The notes: generated from the sequence alone by a model not told the origin. 64,000 bases of DNA from Candidatus Latescibacterota bacterium (GCA_965237525.1 CBDEFO010000004.1:320001-384000); one strand, 5' to 3'; positions 1 to 10,369 are shown, counted from the first letter of the stretch. Program-made: numbers and translations.

Positions 1-2
1 TG

Positions 3-3000
3 CTCTACAAGGATAGGTTTCGGGATAAAGAATACAAATCCCAGGACTCGGTAGTCGACTTGAGAGTCTTTGTAGATGACCAGAATCAGCAGAATGACGC
101 CGAGGACCGGGCTATCGATGGACTTGCTTACTTTGATCTGAACAACCGTGAAGAGACGGCTACAAATTTCCACAGAGGAAAATTCCACGAGATAGACCCT
201 AATGACTACTTCCTGGACCCCAGGCTGGGATACATAATTCTGAACAGGCCCGTAAGAGATTACCACGTTGTAGCCGTGACCTACGAGACGAACAGGGGAG
301 ACTCCTTTGGAGACGTGGACAGGCCTGCCACGGTGGGAGAAGAACTTACGTTAAAACTGATAAAGGCCAAAAATCAGAGACCGTTCCCGGGTCAGGAGAC
401 AACCTGGGAACTTGAGTGGAAAAACGTCTACAACCTTGGAGGGAGGAGGATAAACCTCGAAGGATTCGACCTCAGGATATTCAAGGACCTCCCTGGGGAC
501 GATCCCGATGACTCGCAAAACGGCGTTCCCTACATAAAGATTTTAGGATTAGACCTTAAGGATAGAGATAACAACGCTCAATCTGACAATCTTGTAGACC
601 TCGGGGAGATACAGATAGGCAACTTCCGTTTTGTCCCGATAGACCTCGAAAGAGGAGAATTGGTATTCCCTGACCTTCAGCCTTTTGCTCCCTTAAACTC
701 CGATTGGGCAAGGGATAACGGTCTTGATATACCGCCGCTTGAAGAGACGATCCCCCAAATATACGAAAGCCAAGACCGGATAGTCAGACAAAACGCCAGC
801 AGGTACTTTATAGAGGTGGAGGTCCAGGACAGACAGTCCAGCAGGGTCAGCATCAGCTCCTTTGGCATCCTTGAGGGATCTGAGGAGGTCATCCTCAACG
901 GCAGGAGACTTCAAAGGAGAACCGATTACAATATAGACTATTTTTCAGGGGATATTACGTTCTTAACAGACGAAGCGCTCTCCCCCACAGCGGAGGTAGT
1001 GGTCAATTTTGAAGATAGCCCGCTCTTTGCGTTTGCGGCTCAACAAAAGACGCTCATAGGAACCAGAGCTGAGTACAAATTTATGGGCAGGTCGTCCCTT
1101 GGGAGCACCTTCCTCTACAATAACGAAAGATCGATCGACAAGAGAGTGCGAGTTGGTCAAGAGCCTGCAAGAACAATAATCTGGGACACAGATTTGAGGC
1201 TCCGTTTTGAACCTAAGCTTATGACGAGCTTTGTGAACGCTATTCCATTTGTAAAATCGTCGCAGTCTTCAAAACTTGACATATCCGCCGAATTTGCTCA
1301 AAGCCTCCCGAATCCGAACACACTGGGTCAGGCGTTCATAGACGACTTTGAGGGGAGCAGCAGGAAGACAAGCTTTGGAATATTTAGATCTGTATGGACC
1401 CAGGCCAGCCCCCCAGTTGATGATCCACAGCAAATAGAGGACTTCAAATCTAATCAAGGAAGGCTGATATGGTATAATCCCTTTGATAGAATCGATACCA
1501 GGGAGATATGGCCCAACAAGGAAGTCTCAAGCAGGGAGAACAAAACAGATGTCCTGGTGTTGGATTTCGATCCTGAGGGAAAAGCTACCTATCAAGATGC
1601 AGCATCAGGACCGATTGAGGAACGCTGGGGAGGCGTAATGCGGGCTCTCCCTTCAGGAGGCAACGACTTTTCACGATCTAAGTTCATAGAGGTGTGGGTA
1701 AAGGGGGATGACGGGACCCTGAACATAGATTTAGGAGATATATCTGAGGATGTCATTCTCAACAAGATATTGGACACTGAGGACAGAGATATATCCGGGA
1801 TCAGGAATAACGTCCTCGACATAGATGAAGACGTCGGAATAGACGGACTTGCCGATGAAGATGAGCCAGGATACGTACCCGTCTCTAATCCCGATCCCAA
1901 CGGGGATAACTGGCACTACGATTCGGATAGGGACAGCAGAGACAACTACGAACAGATCAACGGAACAGAAGACAGCAAGCACGATTCGGACAGGGGGCTA
2001 ATTCCCGATACAGAAGATATAAACAACAACAGCTTCTTGGACTCAAGGAACGCGTATTATCAATATTCTATCCCGCTTTACACCGATAATACAGCAGATC
2101 CTACTTCATATTTGGTTGAAGGCACATATAGCAACGGCTGGAGACTCTTCAGGGTCCCGCTGTGGGATTCGCCTCAAATAAGGTCCCAAAATGAGGCTAA
2201 GCCCGATTCGACGCGTATAGAATACGTACGTCTTTGGGTGACAGGGGTTGACAGTAGAACAGAGATCTCTATTGCATCCATAGAGATAGCCGGAAACGAA
2301 TGGTTAGAGAGCCAGGGGCTGCTTGGCGATCAAAAGCTTGATGTCTCTATCAAAAGTACAGATCAAAACAAGGACTACATCTCTCCGGTTGAGAAGGAAT
2401 CAAGGCAGGTAGATAGGACAAGCGGCGTCCGAGAAAGGGAACAATCCTTGGTATTGAAGTTTGAAAATATCGCGCCAGGCCAGGAGGTATCAGCAAACAA
2501 GGTCCTCTTCAGAAAGGAAAGTTATACTGAGTACGGTAGACTGAAGATGTTCGTCAACGGACAGGGGGATAGTTTCCTACCCGATACGAGCACTGTTGAA
2601 CTTTTCATCAGGTTCGGAGCCGATACGACAAACTATTACGAATACAGGACGAAGGTATTTTCCGGCGAAGTATGGGACAAAAGGAACGAGATAGACATAG
2701 ACCTTGAGCTCATGTCCGGACTGAAAGGAGACCTCCTGGATGCGCAGGCAGCTGCTCGCGCAGATAGCCAGCATGTACCAACATACATAGATACTACGGT
2801 GGACGGGAAGGTGCACAGAGTCAGGGGAAATCCCGCACTCTCGAACATAAAGCTTTTGACTGTAGGCCTGATCAACAGAGGGACAGAGGATATAACAGGC
2901 GAGGTATGGGTCGATGAACTGCGTCTGGATGACGTCAGACGCGAAAAGGGAACAGCAGCGCGGCTTCAGATAAACGCAGGATTTGCAGATTTTATGGACA

Positions 3001-5015
3001 TAAGCACAAGTCTTAGCTGGCAGGAGGGCAACTTCAGGACGCTGCGGAGCGAACGGGGATCTGGGAGCACTCGGAGGAATATCAATTTCAGAGGCGACGC
3101 AAACCTGGACAGGTTCCTCCCAAACAACTGGGGAGTATCGCTGCCACTTCGAGTATCGTGGAACAACAGTCTTTCGCTTCCGAGATTGAAGCCCGGCTCT
3201 GATGTAGTATTAAGAAACGAGGAAAAGATGGATGAACGGACGGAAAGGACGCGCAAGAACATCAATATATCCTTCCGCAAAAAGGAATCCAAAAATCCGT
3301 TCATCAAGTACACAATAGATCGCGCATCGGCTACGTTCAACAGCACAATCGAGGACGGAATATCGCCCAGAGACTCTACTTTGAATGAATCCCTTTCCGG
3401 GTCGTTTAAATACGATCTATCCCCAAGGAGCGACAGTGGCATAAAACTTTTGGGATGGACATCGGCGTTTCTGCCCGATTTCTTCTCGGAAAGCAAGTTT
3501 CGCTACTTTCCATCTTCGTTCTCCTACTCAAATAAGACAAATAAAAACAAGCGCTTCAGGTCAACTGTAGATCAAAACCGTCAGAACAGAAGAGAGACAA
3601 AGGACGATAACTTCATCATGGTAGAAGATTATAGAGCCAAGTTCAATCCGTTTAAGAGCCTGTCGTCCGATTATTCTCTAAACCGTAAGAAGGACCTTGA
3701 GAGGAATCTGGATATAGGGAAATTCAAGTTCGGAGATGAGATAGGAAGATCTCAAAACGGGCACGTTGACTTGAAACTGGACTTGATAAAGTGGCTCAGC
3801 CAGTACTACAGCTATAACGCCAGATACAAGGAAAATAACGATCCGAAGACAAGGCGTGGAGGGCAGTCCGGAAGGGATATAAACAACGAAAATTCCATCT
3901 CTGGAAAGTTCACACTCCAGCTTCCTTCCTTTTTTAAAGCGATAGGCAATATCAAAAAGAAATCCAAAGATAAGGGAAAAGGCACCCTCTCAAAAGAAGA
4001 AGATAAGAAAGGAAAGGTATCCCCAGCAAGCATCGAAAGAACTTCTGCGGGAAACGGGACATCTCTTTTGGATCTGATAGCGGGATTAGGAGAAAAATTG
4101 AGTCCCGTAAGCGGCAGTTACACTAGGAAGAGAAGCTTTAGAAAGTTCGGTCTTAAAGACCGCCCAAGCCTGTCCTATCAGTTGGGATTCACAGAGGACC
4201 CGAAAGTGGAGAGCGCAAATCTTTCCGGAGTATCTCAGAGTGACTCCAAGACGATTTCGGACAGGATAAACGCCAACAGCGGAGTTAAACTCTTCTCAGG
4301 AATAAGCGTAAAGACAGACTACTTATACGACAGGAGCGTATCAGACATAGCCAACAGAGAGCCGAGACACACCAAGAAGGTTACCTTTCCTTCTTTAAGC
4401 AGCAGGTGGAACGGTTTAGCGAAGATGCCCCTTTTAAAGCGTGTTGCCAAAAGCTCCAATTTGGATTTTAAGTATAAAAGGGTTAATTCATGGAACGGAG
4501 ACGGAGGCCTGGATATAGATAAACTGAGAGGGAAGACAGCAACTTCTGACTTTTCTCCTCTCTTTGCATGGACTACAAGGTGGAAAAATAAGCTCAGAAC
4601 GACGCTCAAAAGCACGAATAGCCGGTCTTTTAGGACGGACTTTACCGGCGGGAGGGAAAGGGGTAGCACAGTGACTACCAAAAATTCGTCGGACTTCTCT
4701 TTGGACTATTCGATCAGTACCTCCAGGGGAATACCCTTCTTCGGGAAAAAGGTAAAATTAAAAAGCGATGTGGACATGACGCTCAAGTTCACAAAGAGTC
4801 GAACTAAGGAGGAAAACAAAGCGCCGTCATCTAAGGTATCTATTCCCAGGAGGGATCAGAACAGCTGGACGCTTGTGTTCAATTCCAGTTACAAGTTCAG
4901 TCGAAAGCTGACTGGGGGATCCAAGATAGAAGTCGGAAACACGTTTAATAATATCAGTAAAACGACTCGGAAGATTAGAGAGCTAGGATTCTGGGCTGAG
5001 ATAAGATTTGACTAA
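3..5015 (+). CDS. sprA: SprA-family outer-membrane beta-barrel (T9SS translocon/cell surface protein SprA), 5' truncated by window edge
   Basis: Frame open from nt 3. Motifs WELEWKNVYNLG, IDDFEG, LIWYN, WGGVMR, PDTEDIN, GEVWVDELRL. C-terminal beta-strands end in ...AEIRFD. Confidence 0.9.
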   Translation, partial: LYKDRFRDKEYKSQDSVVDLRVFVDDQNQQNDAEDRAIDGLAYFDLNNREETATNFHRGKFHEIDPNDYFLDPRLGYIILNRPVRDYHVVAVTYETNRGDSFGDVDRPATVGEELTLKLIKAKNQRPFPGQETTWELEWKNVYNLGGRRINLEGFDLRIFKDLPGDDPDDSQNGVPYIKILGLDLKDRDNNAQSDNLVDLGEIQIGNFRFVPIDLERGELVFPDLQPFAPLNSDWARDNGLDIPPLEETIPQIYESQDRIVRQNASRYFIEVEVQDRQSSRVSISSFGILEGSEEVILNGRRLQRRTDYNIDYFSGDITFLTDEALSPTAEVVVNFEDSPLFAFAAQQKTLIGTRAEYKFMGRSSLGSTFLYNNERSIDKRVRVGQEPARTIIWDTDLRLRFEPKLMTSFVNAIPFVKSSQSSKLDISAEFAQSLPNPNTLGQAFIDDFEGSSRKTSFGIFRSVWTQASPPVDDPQQIEDFKSNQGRLIWYNPFDRIDTREIWPNKEVSSRENKTDVLVLDFDPEGKATYQDAASGPIEERWGGVMRALPSGGNDFSRSKFIEVWVKGDDGTLNIDLGDISEDVILNKILDTEDRDISGIRNNVLDIDEDVGIDGLADEDEPGYVPVSNPDPNGDNWHYDSDRDSRDNYEQINGTEDSKHDSDRGLIPDTEDINNNSFLDSRNAYYQYSIPLYTDNTADPTSYLVEGTYSNGWRLFRVPLWDSPQIRSQNEAKPDSTRIEYVRLWVTGVDSRTEISIASIEIAGNEWLESQGLLGDQKLDVSIKSTDQNKDYISPVEKESRQVDRTSGVREREQSLVLKFENIAPGQEVSANKVLFRKESYTEYGRLKMFVNGQGDSFLPDTSTVELFIRFGADTTNYYEYRTKVFSGEVWDKRNEIDIDLELMSGLKGDLLDAQAAARADSQHVPTYIDTTVDGKVHRVRGNPALSNIKLLTVGLINRGTEDITGEVWVDELRLDDVRREKGTAARLQINAGFADFMDISTSLSWQEGNFRTLRSERGSGSTRRNINFRGDANLDRFLPNNWGVSLPLRVSWNNSLSLPRLKPGSDVVLRNEEKMDERTERTRKNINISFRKKESKNPFIKYTIDRASATFNSTIEDGISPRDSTLNESLSGSFKYDLSPRSDSGIKLLGWTSAFLPDFFSESKFRYFPSSFSYSNKTNKNKRFRSTVDQNRQNRRETKDDNFIMVEDYRAKFNPFKSLSSDYSLNRKKDLERNLDIGKFKFGDEIGRSQNGHVDLKLDLIKWLSQYYSYNARYKENNDPKTRRGGQSGRDINNENSISGKFTLQLPSFFKAIGNIKKKSKDKGKGTLSKEEDKKGKVSPASIERTSAGNGTSLLDLIAGLGEKLSPVSGSYTRKRSFRKFGLKDRPSLSYQLGFTEDPKVESANLSGVSQSDSKTISDRINANSGVKLFSGISVKTDYLYDRSVSDIANREPRHTKKVTFPSLSSRWNGLAKMPLLKRVAKSSNLDFKYKRVNSWNGDGGLDIDKLRGKTATSDFSPLFAWTTRWKNKLRTTLKSTNSRSFRTDFTGGRERGSTVTTKNSSDFSLDYSISTSRGIPFFGKKVKLKSDVDMTLKFTKSRTKEENKAPSSKVSIPRRDQNSWTLVFNSSYKFSRKLTGGSKIEVGNTFNNISKTTRKIRELGFWAEIRFD

Positions 5016-5030
5016 GTCAGCAGATAGTAG

Positions 5031-5053
5031 GTAGGGGCGAGGTTACCTCGCCC
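5031..5053 (+). repeat. GTAG-type REP GTAGGGGCGAGGTTACCTCGCCC (representative copy)
   Basis: Related copies at 14433-14457 and 58826-58849. Confidence 0.75.
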
Positions 5054-5160
5054 AATAGATAGGGGATTCCTTCGGTGTTTCACCCTTTGCAATGACTAAG
5101 GTCACAGCCAGACAATGTCATAGCGAGGCGGCGTGGCCGCTTTGCTGGGAAGGCAGCTTG

Positions 5161-5183
5161 CCCCCGATAGATTCAATCGGGGG
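5161..5183. repeat. REP-like palindrome CCCCCGATAGATTCAATCGGGGG (representative copy)
   Basis: Further copies near 20444, 28777, 33358, 42100, 49542 and 57776, all intergenic. Confidence 0.9.
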
Positions 5184-5252
5184 CTTGCCACGAAGTGGGC
5201 AAAGGAATCTCGTAGACGATGGCATTACAAGCCAAAGTTAAGGAGAAAAACT

Positions 5253-6200
5253 GTGGCTAAGGCTAAAGGAGCAACCGGAATTCATATCTGCGGCGGGACG
5301 CTCAGAATGATGGAGATACAGAAGCAAAAGGAGGCAACAGTCTTGATGGGGCTGGGATATTCTCAATTGCCATCGGACTTTAATCCACCGGATATTATGG
5401 ACGATAGAATAAAGACACAGATAGCAGAAGCTATATCTTCGATGTCCGCGACGCATCACATAGATACATCCAGGTGTGTGGTTTCAATAGATGGGAGCTT
5501 CATAACGTTGAAGAAGGCTCCGCTGGAGGGGAAAGGCAAACATCTGGAGGAACAGGTGAGGTGGGAGATGGAGCAGTCGCTGACTTCGGGCGTAGAAGAT
5601 TATATAATAGACTTCTACGACGCAGGTGCAGATGGTTTCCTTGTCGGAGTAAGAACAGAAGTGATAGATACTTATATTGACTTATGTTCCAAGGCCGGCG
5701 TCAAGCTAAAAGCGGCGGATATAGATCCGTTTGCCCTATTCAACCTGGCAGAAGTGATAACCCTCTTTAACGAGGATAAGTTAGGAGTTGTGATCTCCGT
5801 TGAATCGAAAGTGGCAAACTTTGCCGCGTTTAAGGGCGTCAGTCCTGTAGCAGCGGGAATAATAGATATGAAGGGGAAAAACGGTGAAGATCACACAGAA
5901 CCGGAAAACTTTCTGGCAAGGAGGATCAAAAGAGCCGTTACGTCTTCCTATATCGACGATGAAGAGGGGCAGCCGCAGAGGCCACATATTGACGAAGTGG
6001 CATTAGGAGGAGATAAAGGCAGGGAAGACAGATTAATTCAAGCTGTGGAAGCGCATTTGGGAGTCACACCACAGATCTTAGACCCATTCGGGGGATTAGA
6101 TGTGTCGTCCCTCCCCGAGGATGATCAATACCTCTTGGACAGAGGCGACGTCTTTTGTATTTGCGCTGGATTAGCGTACAGGGGGCTCCAGGAAAAATGA
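5253..6200 (+). CDS. pilM: PilM-like actin-fold type IV pilus assembly protein
   Basis: GTG start after AGGAG. QVRWEMEQ, DYIIDF and ADIDPFALFNL motifs, VALGG, C-terminal ICAGLAYRG. Confidence 0.75.
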   Translation: MAKAKGATGIHICGGTLRMMEIQKQKEATVLMGLGYSQLPSDFNPPDIMDDRIKTQIAEAISSMSATHHIDTSRCVVSIDGSFITLKKAPLEGKGKHLEEQVRWEMEQSLTSGVEDYIIDFYDAGADGFLVGVRTEVIDTYIDLCSKAGVKLKAADIDPFALFNLAEVITLFNEDKLGVVISVESKVANFAAFKGVSPVAAGIIDMKGKNGEDHTEPENFLARRIKRAVTSSYIDDEEGQPQRPHIDEVALGGDKGREDRLIQAVEAHLGVTPQILDPFGGLDVSSLPEDDQYLLDRGDVFCICAGLAYRGLQEK

Positions 6201-7189
6201 TCAGGATAAACCTTCTTCAAAAGAAGCCCCCAAAGACGGGCGGAGGCAAAAGCTTTATCCCCTTACTCACAGCAGTTGTGGTAGTAGCGGCATTAGGCAG
6301 CGGAGGTTATTATTTTAGGTCAGAGCTTAAGGGTGAGATACGCTTGATAGCCGCGACCGCCAAAGGGATACTTAAGAAGAAATCAGTGACAAAACATCCG
6401 ACAGCGGCAATCCCAGAGACTTCCAAAGAGGGAGTGCCAGCTGTAGTAAAGGAGAGGACAGTCGAGACACCACAACCGTCCCGAAAAGCGGAAGAACGTC
6501 CACAGCCAAAGGTCGATACGGATATAGCCGTCAAGGGATCAGAGCCCCAAAAAGAGTCGCAGGCGACGCTCGCCATCCAAGAACTTTTCAGAGGGAAAGA
6601 CGTATGTCTGGAGGTTCTTGTGAAGGTCAAGGGGGCGCTGGTGTTCCCGCTGGTTCAGATTAATTCGGTAACTGTTAATTACACAGGAGATTACTTTATC
6701 CAGGGATCTTCCCCTGCATCCCAGAATGCAAAAGAACTCTTGGCTTCCTTAAAAAAGGAATTCCCGCATCACAGTGCACAGATATCGGTGCCAAAGGGGA
6801 CGCACAGGGGTGCTTTGAACTTTTCGATCTGGGGGTCCGCATCTTTGATACCCGAACCGGAAAGATATTCGGAAGATCACTCTTTGACAGTGGCCGGTTT
6901 CGTTTCCCTGGACAAGGCGATTCAGAAAAAGGGCGCAGAGATAGGTCTGAACTTCACTGGTGCAGAGATCACAAGATCCCCGCAGAGTTACGTTCCTAAA
7001 CTCGAAAAGAGACTGTGGGCTAGTGGGAGCTACGATCAGGCAAGCGAGTTTTTCGACTACCTGAGGCAAACACAGCCTAAACAGATGAGACTATCCTACG
7101 CCGCGCTTACCCCCTCTGAGATGCACGGTAATGTATCAATAGCGGTGACTCTGGATTTTTATATGAGGGAAGGGGCAATCGGTATGTGA
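6197..7189 (+). CDS. PilN/PilO-like membrane-anchored assembly protein
   Basis: ATGA overlap with pilM. MIRINLL (PilN INLL motif), one TM helix, Pro/Glu-rich linker, C-terminal ferredoxin-like GSYDQ..F pattern. Confidence 0.6.
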   Translation: MIRINLLQKKPPKTGGGKSFIPLLTAVVVVAALGSGGYYFRSELKGEIRLIAATAKGILKKKSVTKHPTAAIPETSKEGVPAVVKERTVETPQPSRKAEERPQPKVDTDIAVKGSEPQKESQATLAIQELFRGKDVCLEVLVKVKGALVFPLVQINSVTVNYTGDYFIQGSSPASQNAKELLASLKKEFPHHSAQISVPKGTHRGALNFSIWGSASLIPEPERYSEDHSLTVAGFVSLDKAIQKKGAEIGLNFTGAEITRSPQSYVPKLEKRLWASGSYDQASEFFDYLRQTQPKQMRLSYAALTPSEMHGNVSIAVTLDFYMREGAIGM

Positions 7190-7278
7190 GCCGGGCTGCG
7201 TCGGAACGTCATGCACCCTGTAGACTCAGTAGTTGGGCACATTGGTCATAGGTGGCAAGCCAGTTGGAGGCGCCGACT

Positions 7279-7429
7279 ATATTAAGACACTTCACACTTG
7301 AATATTGGATAGATGATGGCTGGTACGTCGGTAAGCTTAAGGAGGTGCCGGGCGTATTTAGCCAGGGGGAAACACCTTGAAGAAAATATCAAAGATGCCT
7401 ATCGTTTGATGATGTCAGAGGAAATGTAG
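7279..7429 (+). pseudogene. hicB: HicB-family antitoxin remnant
   Basis: After GGAGG the start reads ATA. Translates FTLEYWIDDGWYVGKLKEVPGVFSQGET, then a small frameshifting deletion before LEENIKDAYRLMM. Confidence 0.75.
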
Positions 7430-7578
7430 CCAAACGAAGATCTGATTTAGACTGCAATAATAGCTGTGCTTGCCACCTTTGTTGGGAAGTATAATTCAAA
7501 TTCGGTATAAGGGACGTGGCGAATCTAATGGGGTATGCCTGTCGCGCAGGACGAGAATCTCAACTTGGGGGAGAACAT

Positions 7579-9384
7579 ATGATACAGTCTGACCATGGCG
7601 ATTCAAGGGATGCCAGCAATCAATCTGATCTCACCTCAACAACGGATAAGACGATAGAGGATCACCAATCATCCGTAGCAATCAATGAGGAACAAACTGC
7701 AGACGGGCCCGGTTCGTTAAACGATTCTGAGGAACCGGAATCTACAGTTGATCTGTCCTGTAAACCTAAGACCACCAAGCGGCGGCGACGCAGACATCCC
7801 AGCCGAGAATCTGCCGAGCAGCGACTACAGGGGCGTCGGGGCTTGTGCAGGCAGATCACCGATATCGCTCCAGGTATGTTAAAAACATCCAAGTTGCGAA
7901 TCCTTGGACAATACCTTGACTCCACGAAAGGTCTAGATGACGGTGCCTTGACCGCTCAGCTTAAGTCGGACGCAAAGAAGATCGCTTCGAAGGATCGAAT
8001 TCTCCAGATACTTGATGATATTGATCCGGATGTCAATCGGCGAACACTCAAGAAAATTATGTTGTTCAGTGTCTTGCTACAGGAGGAAACATATAGCCTT
8101 GAGGAGACCCGCCTTGAAGAGAAGGTTATCGAATACGAAAAGTCGATCGTCAAACGGTCAAAGACACTGGATTTCTTCGATCCCCAAAAGCACGACCTAT
8201 CTCGATGGCACCAATATGACACTTATCGAATCGTGCTTGAGACGGCGTGGCGAAACCGTGATGATATCTCTACTGACGAAGCAAACCTGCTTCGTATCCT
8301 TCGTGAACATCTAAACATCGCAATGGAAGAGCACTGGCTTATCGAAGCACACATCAAGCGATTTCCAAAAGCCAAGGGCGCACTTCATACCCGAGACGAT
8401 GTTCACGAGGCCCGCAAGCAACTCCAGCGAGAATCATTGCTTTGGAGCTACCGAGACGAGAACAAGCGGTACATTGATGTTATTCCTGCCGAGGTGGTAG
8501 ATGTTCTGCGATACGAGGTGATTCATCTTGAACTGCAACGCACGAATTATCGCCGAATACTCCATCACGATAGCATCAAAATCGCCGATCTCAGGAAATT
8601 ATTGATCTCGCGAGGCATGGATCGCTACGGCAATAAATCTGAGTTAATTGACAGAATCATTAATAGCGACATCCGGCCCAGCTCTGTTCTTTCCGATCTC
8701 GACAGACCAAAGCTTTCAGAGATGTGTCGTCAGGTCGGCCTAAAGAGCTCTGACAATAAATCTGATCTAATTAGTCGTCTTATTGATTTCTACGACGATC
8801 TGACTTTTGAAGAACGTACCACACGCGATGAGCGCGAGGAGTGGTACAATAACTATGAGATTCTTGCGGCGAGACAGTACTCAGATCTCAGGGCGAAGAA
8901 ACAAATCACAAAAGACCTTGAAATAGAGCATCAATTTGAACAGGCAACGGATTTTCTTTTTGAAGTCAAGCTTAGTGTATCTATAGATAAGGAACGCAAG
9001 GGTACGCAGGCTGATGGCCGTATTGAGCTAGAAGATCGTCAGACGATTCTCTGGGACTGCAAGTCGGCCGAGAAGAAGATTAATCTTCAAGATTATCTTG
9101 AGGATCAGTTCGATGGCTACCTTCGGCATGAGCGAGAGCAAGGCTTCCGACCTCTGGTGTTCATCGTCATTGCACCCACTTTCAGCCGACAATCTCTTAA
9201 GCTAGCTTACCAATACAAAGCTCAGACAAACTGGGACGTAGCGTTAGTAACCGCTGAGGCACTCAAGTATCTGGCAGAAAGTTGGTCTGCTCTTGAGCCG
9301 AACAAGCCGTTCCCTGTCCAGCTTCTGAACCGAACTGAAATCATTGACAAGGAAAAGGCTGATTTCCTCATGAGTCTCGCATAG
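7579..9384 (+). CDS. Multi-domain protein: TerB-like helix bundle, two SAP-like DNA-binding motifs, C-terminal PD-(D/E)XK nuclease-like domain
   Basis: ATG after GGGGAG. Motifs YRIVLETAW..DISTDEANLLRILREHLNI, IKIADLRKLL..GNKSELIDRI, LSEMCRQVGLKSSDNKSDLISRL, QADGRI..ILWDCKS. Confidence 0.65.
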   Translation: MIQSDHGDSRDASNQSDLTSTTDKTIEDHQSSVAINEEQTADGPGSLNDSEEPESTVDLSCKPKTTKRRRRRHPSRESAEQRLQGRRGLCRQITDIAPGMLKTSKLRILGQYLDSTKGLDDGALTAQLKSDAKKIASKDRILQILDDIDPDVNRRTLKKIMLFSVLLQEETYSLEETRLEEKVIEYEKSIVKRSKTLDFFDPQKHDLSRWHQYDTYRIVLETAWRNRDDISTDEANLLRILREHLNIAMEEHWLIEAHIKRFPKAKGALHTRDDVHEARKQLQRESLLWSYRDENKRYIDVIPAEVVDVLRYEVIHLELQRTNYRRILHHDSIKIADLRKLLISRGMDRYGNKSELIDRIINSDIRPSSVLSDLDRPKLSEMCRQVGLKSSDNKSDLISRLIDFYDDLTFEERTTRDEREEWYNNYEILAARQYSDLRAKKQITKDLEIEHQFEQATDFLFEVKLSVSIDKERKGTQADGRIELEDRQTILWDCKSAEKKINLQDYLEDQFDGYLRHEREQGFRPLVFIVIAPTFSRQSLKLAYQYKAQTNWDVALVTAEALKYLAESWSALEPNKPFPVQLLNRTEIIDKEKADFLMSLA

Positions 9385-9503
9385 GACTGCCCACGAAGAT
9401 CCGACTTGAACTCCACTACCAGCTCTATGTGCCACTTCAATTGGGCAGTGTGTAATTATAAGTTGCCGCTTTCAATATCAACTACCGTAAAAGGAGCTGC
9501 ACT

Positions 9504-9746
9504 ATGAATGAAACACAGTATTTCCTTGAGATATACGGTTCGGATAGTGCTGATCCTCTGGTAGGATTTCAATCATCAACTCCTTTCATGGCTATCGAGC
9601 GCGGTTCTCTCCTTCATACAGGAATGTGGGATGATACCAGCTCACAGGGCAATTAGCTTAGAGTTGTAACTGTGAAACATCTAATCTGGGAATTAAGCCA
9701 TGTTAGCCACAAGATAATGATATACACTGAATCCGTAGAAACATAG
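9504..9746 (+). pseudogene. Small hypothetical cassette-type gene with in-frame TAG at 9654-9656
   Basis: AAGGAG then ATG. The frame reads MNETQYFLEIYG..SQGN*LRVVTVKHLIWE..VET* and ends just before the attC-like site. Confidence 0.6.
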
Positions 9747-9783
9747 CACAAGCACGATATGGATAAGTTAGCATCAGCCAGTA

Positions 9784-9841
9784 TCCTAACAAATCGCCGC
9801 AGTGGGCGTTGTACTCGCGCCCGTGAGCTTCGTCGTTAGGC
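9784..9841 (+). other. attC-like integron cassette recombination site (58 bp)
   Basis: TCCTAAC (R'') and GTTAGGC (R') with complementary cores, 5/6-nt spacers and an inner GGGCG/CGCCC stem. Lies between two co-oriented small ORFs. Confidence 0.7.
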
Positions 9842-9909
9842 TGTAAGGCGGCAATTGAACGAAGGACACTTACCAAATGGAACCCTGATTATTCAGGAGG
9901 AAGATAGCC

Positions 9910-10152
9910 ATGCTAACGAGATACATAAAGGCAGCTATACAGCACGCCCATTACGAGATACTACCAGATGAAGGCGAGTACTACGGAGAGATTCCAGAAT
10001 GTAACGGCGTGTACGCCACTGCCGACAATCTCGAAAATTGTCGGGAAGAACTCGAAGAAGTGCTCGAAGAGTGGATTCTATTTCGGGTTTATAGAAATCT
10101 ATCCCTACCTGTTATCGACGGCATCGAATTGACTATCAAGGAAGTAGCGTAG
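9910..10152 (+). CDS. hicB: HicB-family antitoxin
   Basis: YYGEIPECNGVYATADNLENCREELEEVLEEW, typical of the HicB partial RNase H fold. RBS AGGAGG. Confidence 0.85.
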   Translation: MLTRYIKAAIQHAHYEILPDEGEYYGEIPECNGVYATADNLENCREELEEVLEEWILFRVYRNLSLPVIDGIELTIKEVA

Positions 10153-10369
10153 TGCCCATGTTGGACCGATTAAGCGCAGGGATCTGATCCGTTATTCGAG
10201 ACTCTTGGGCTTTGAAGGTCCCTATTCCGGTGGTAAACATCAATTTATGGCAAAAGGTGATATTACCTTACGAATGCCTAACCCACATCAAGGGGATATT
10301 GGTAAGGATTTATTGAGCAGAATATTACGACAAGCCCAGATCAGTAAGGATGAGTGGGAAAGACTATAA
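10152..10369 (+). pseudogene. hicA: HicA-family toxin, frameshifted near the start
   Basis: GPIKRRDLIRY..GFEGPYSGGKHQFM..PNPHQGDIG..LLSRILRQA is out of frame with the GTG at 10152 (span 218 nt, one base short). Confidence 0.8.

Noticed and set aside
5133..5252. 40-aa N-terminal extension of pilM in the ORF track
   Set aside because: It runs through REP palindromes. A well-spaced AGGAG precedes the GTG at 5253.
9654..9656. TAG recoding (pyrrolysine or alternative code)
   Set aside because: TAG terminates many intact genes in the window and neighbouring genes are also decayed. A nonsense mutation is simpler.
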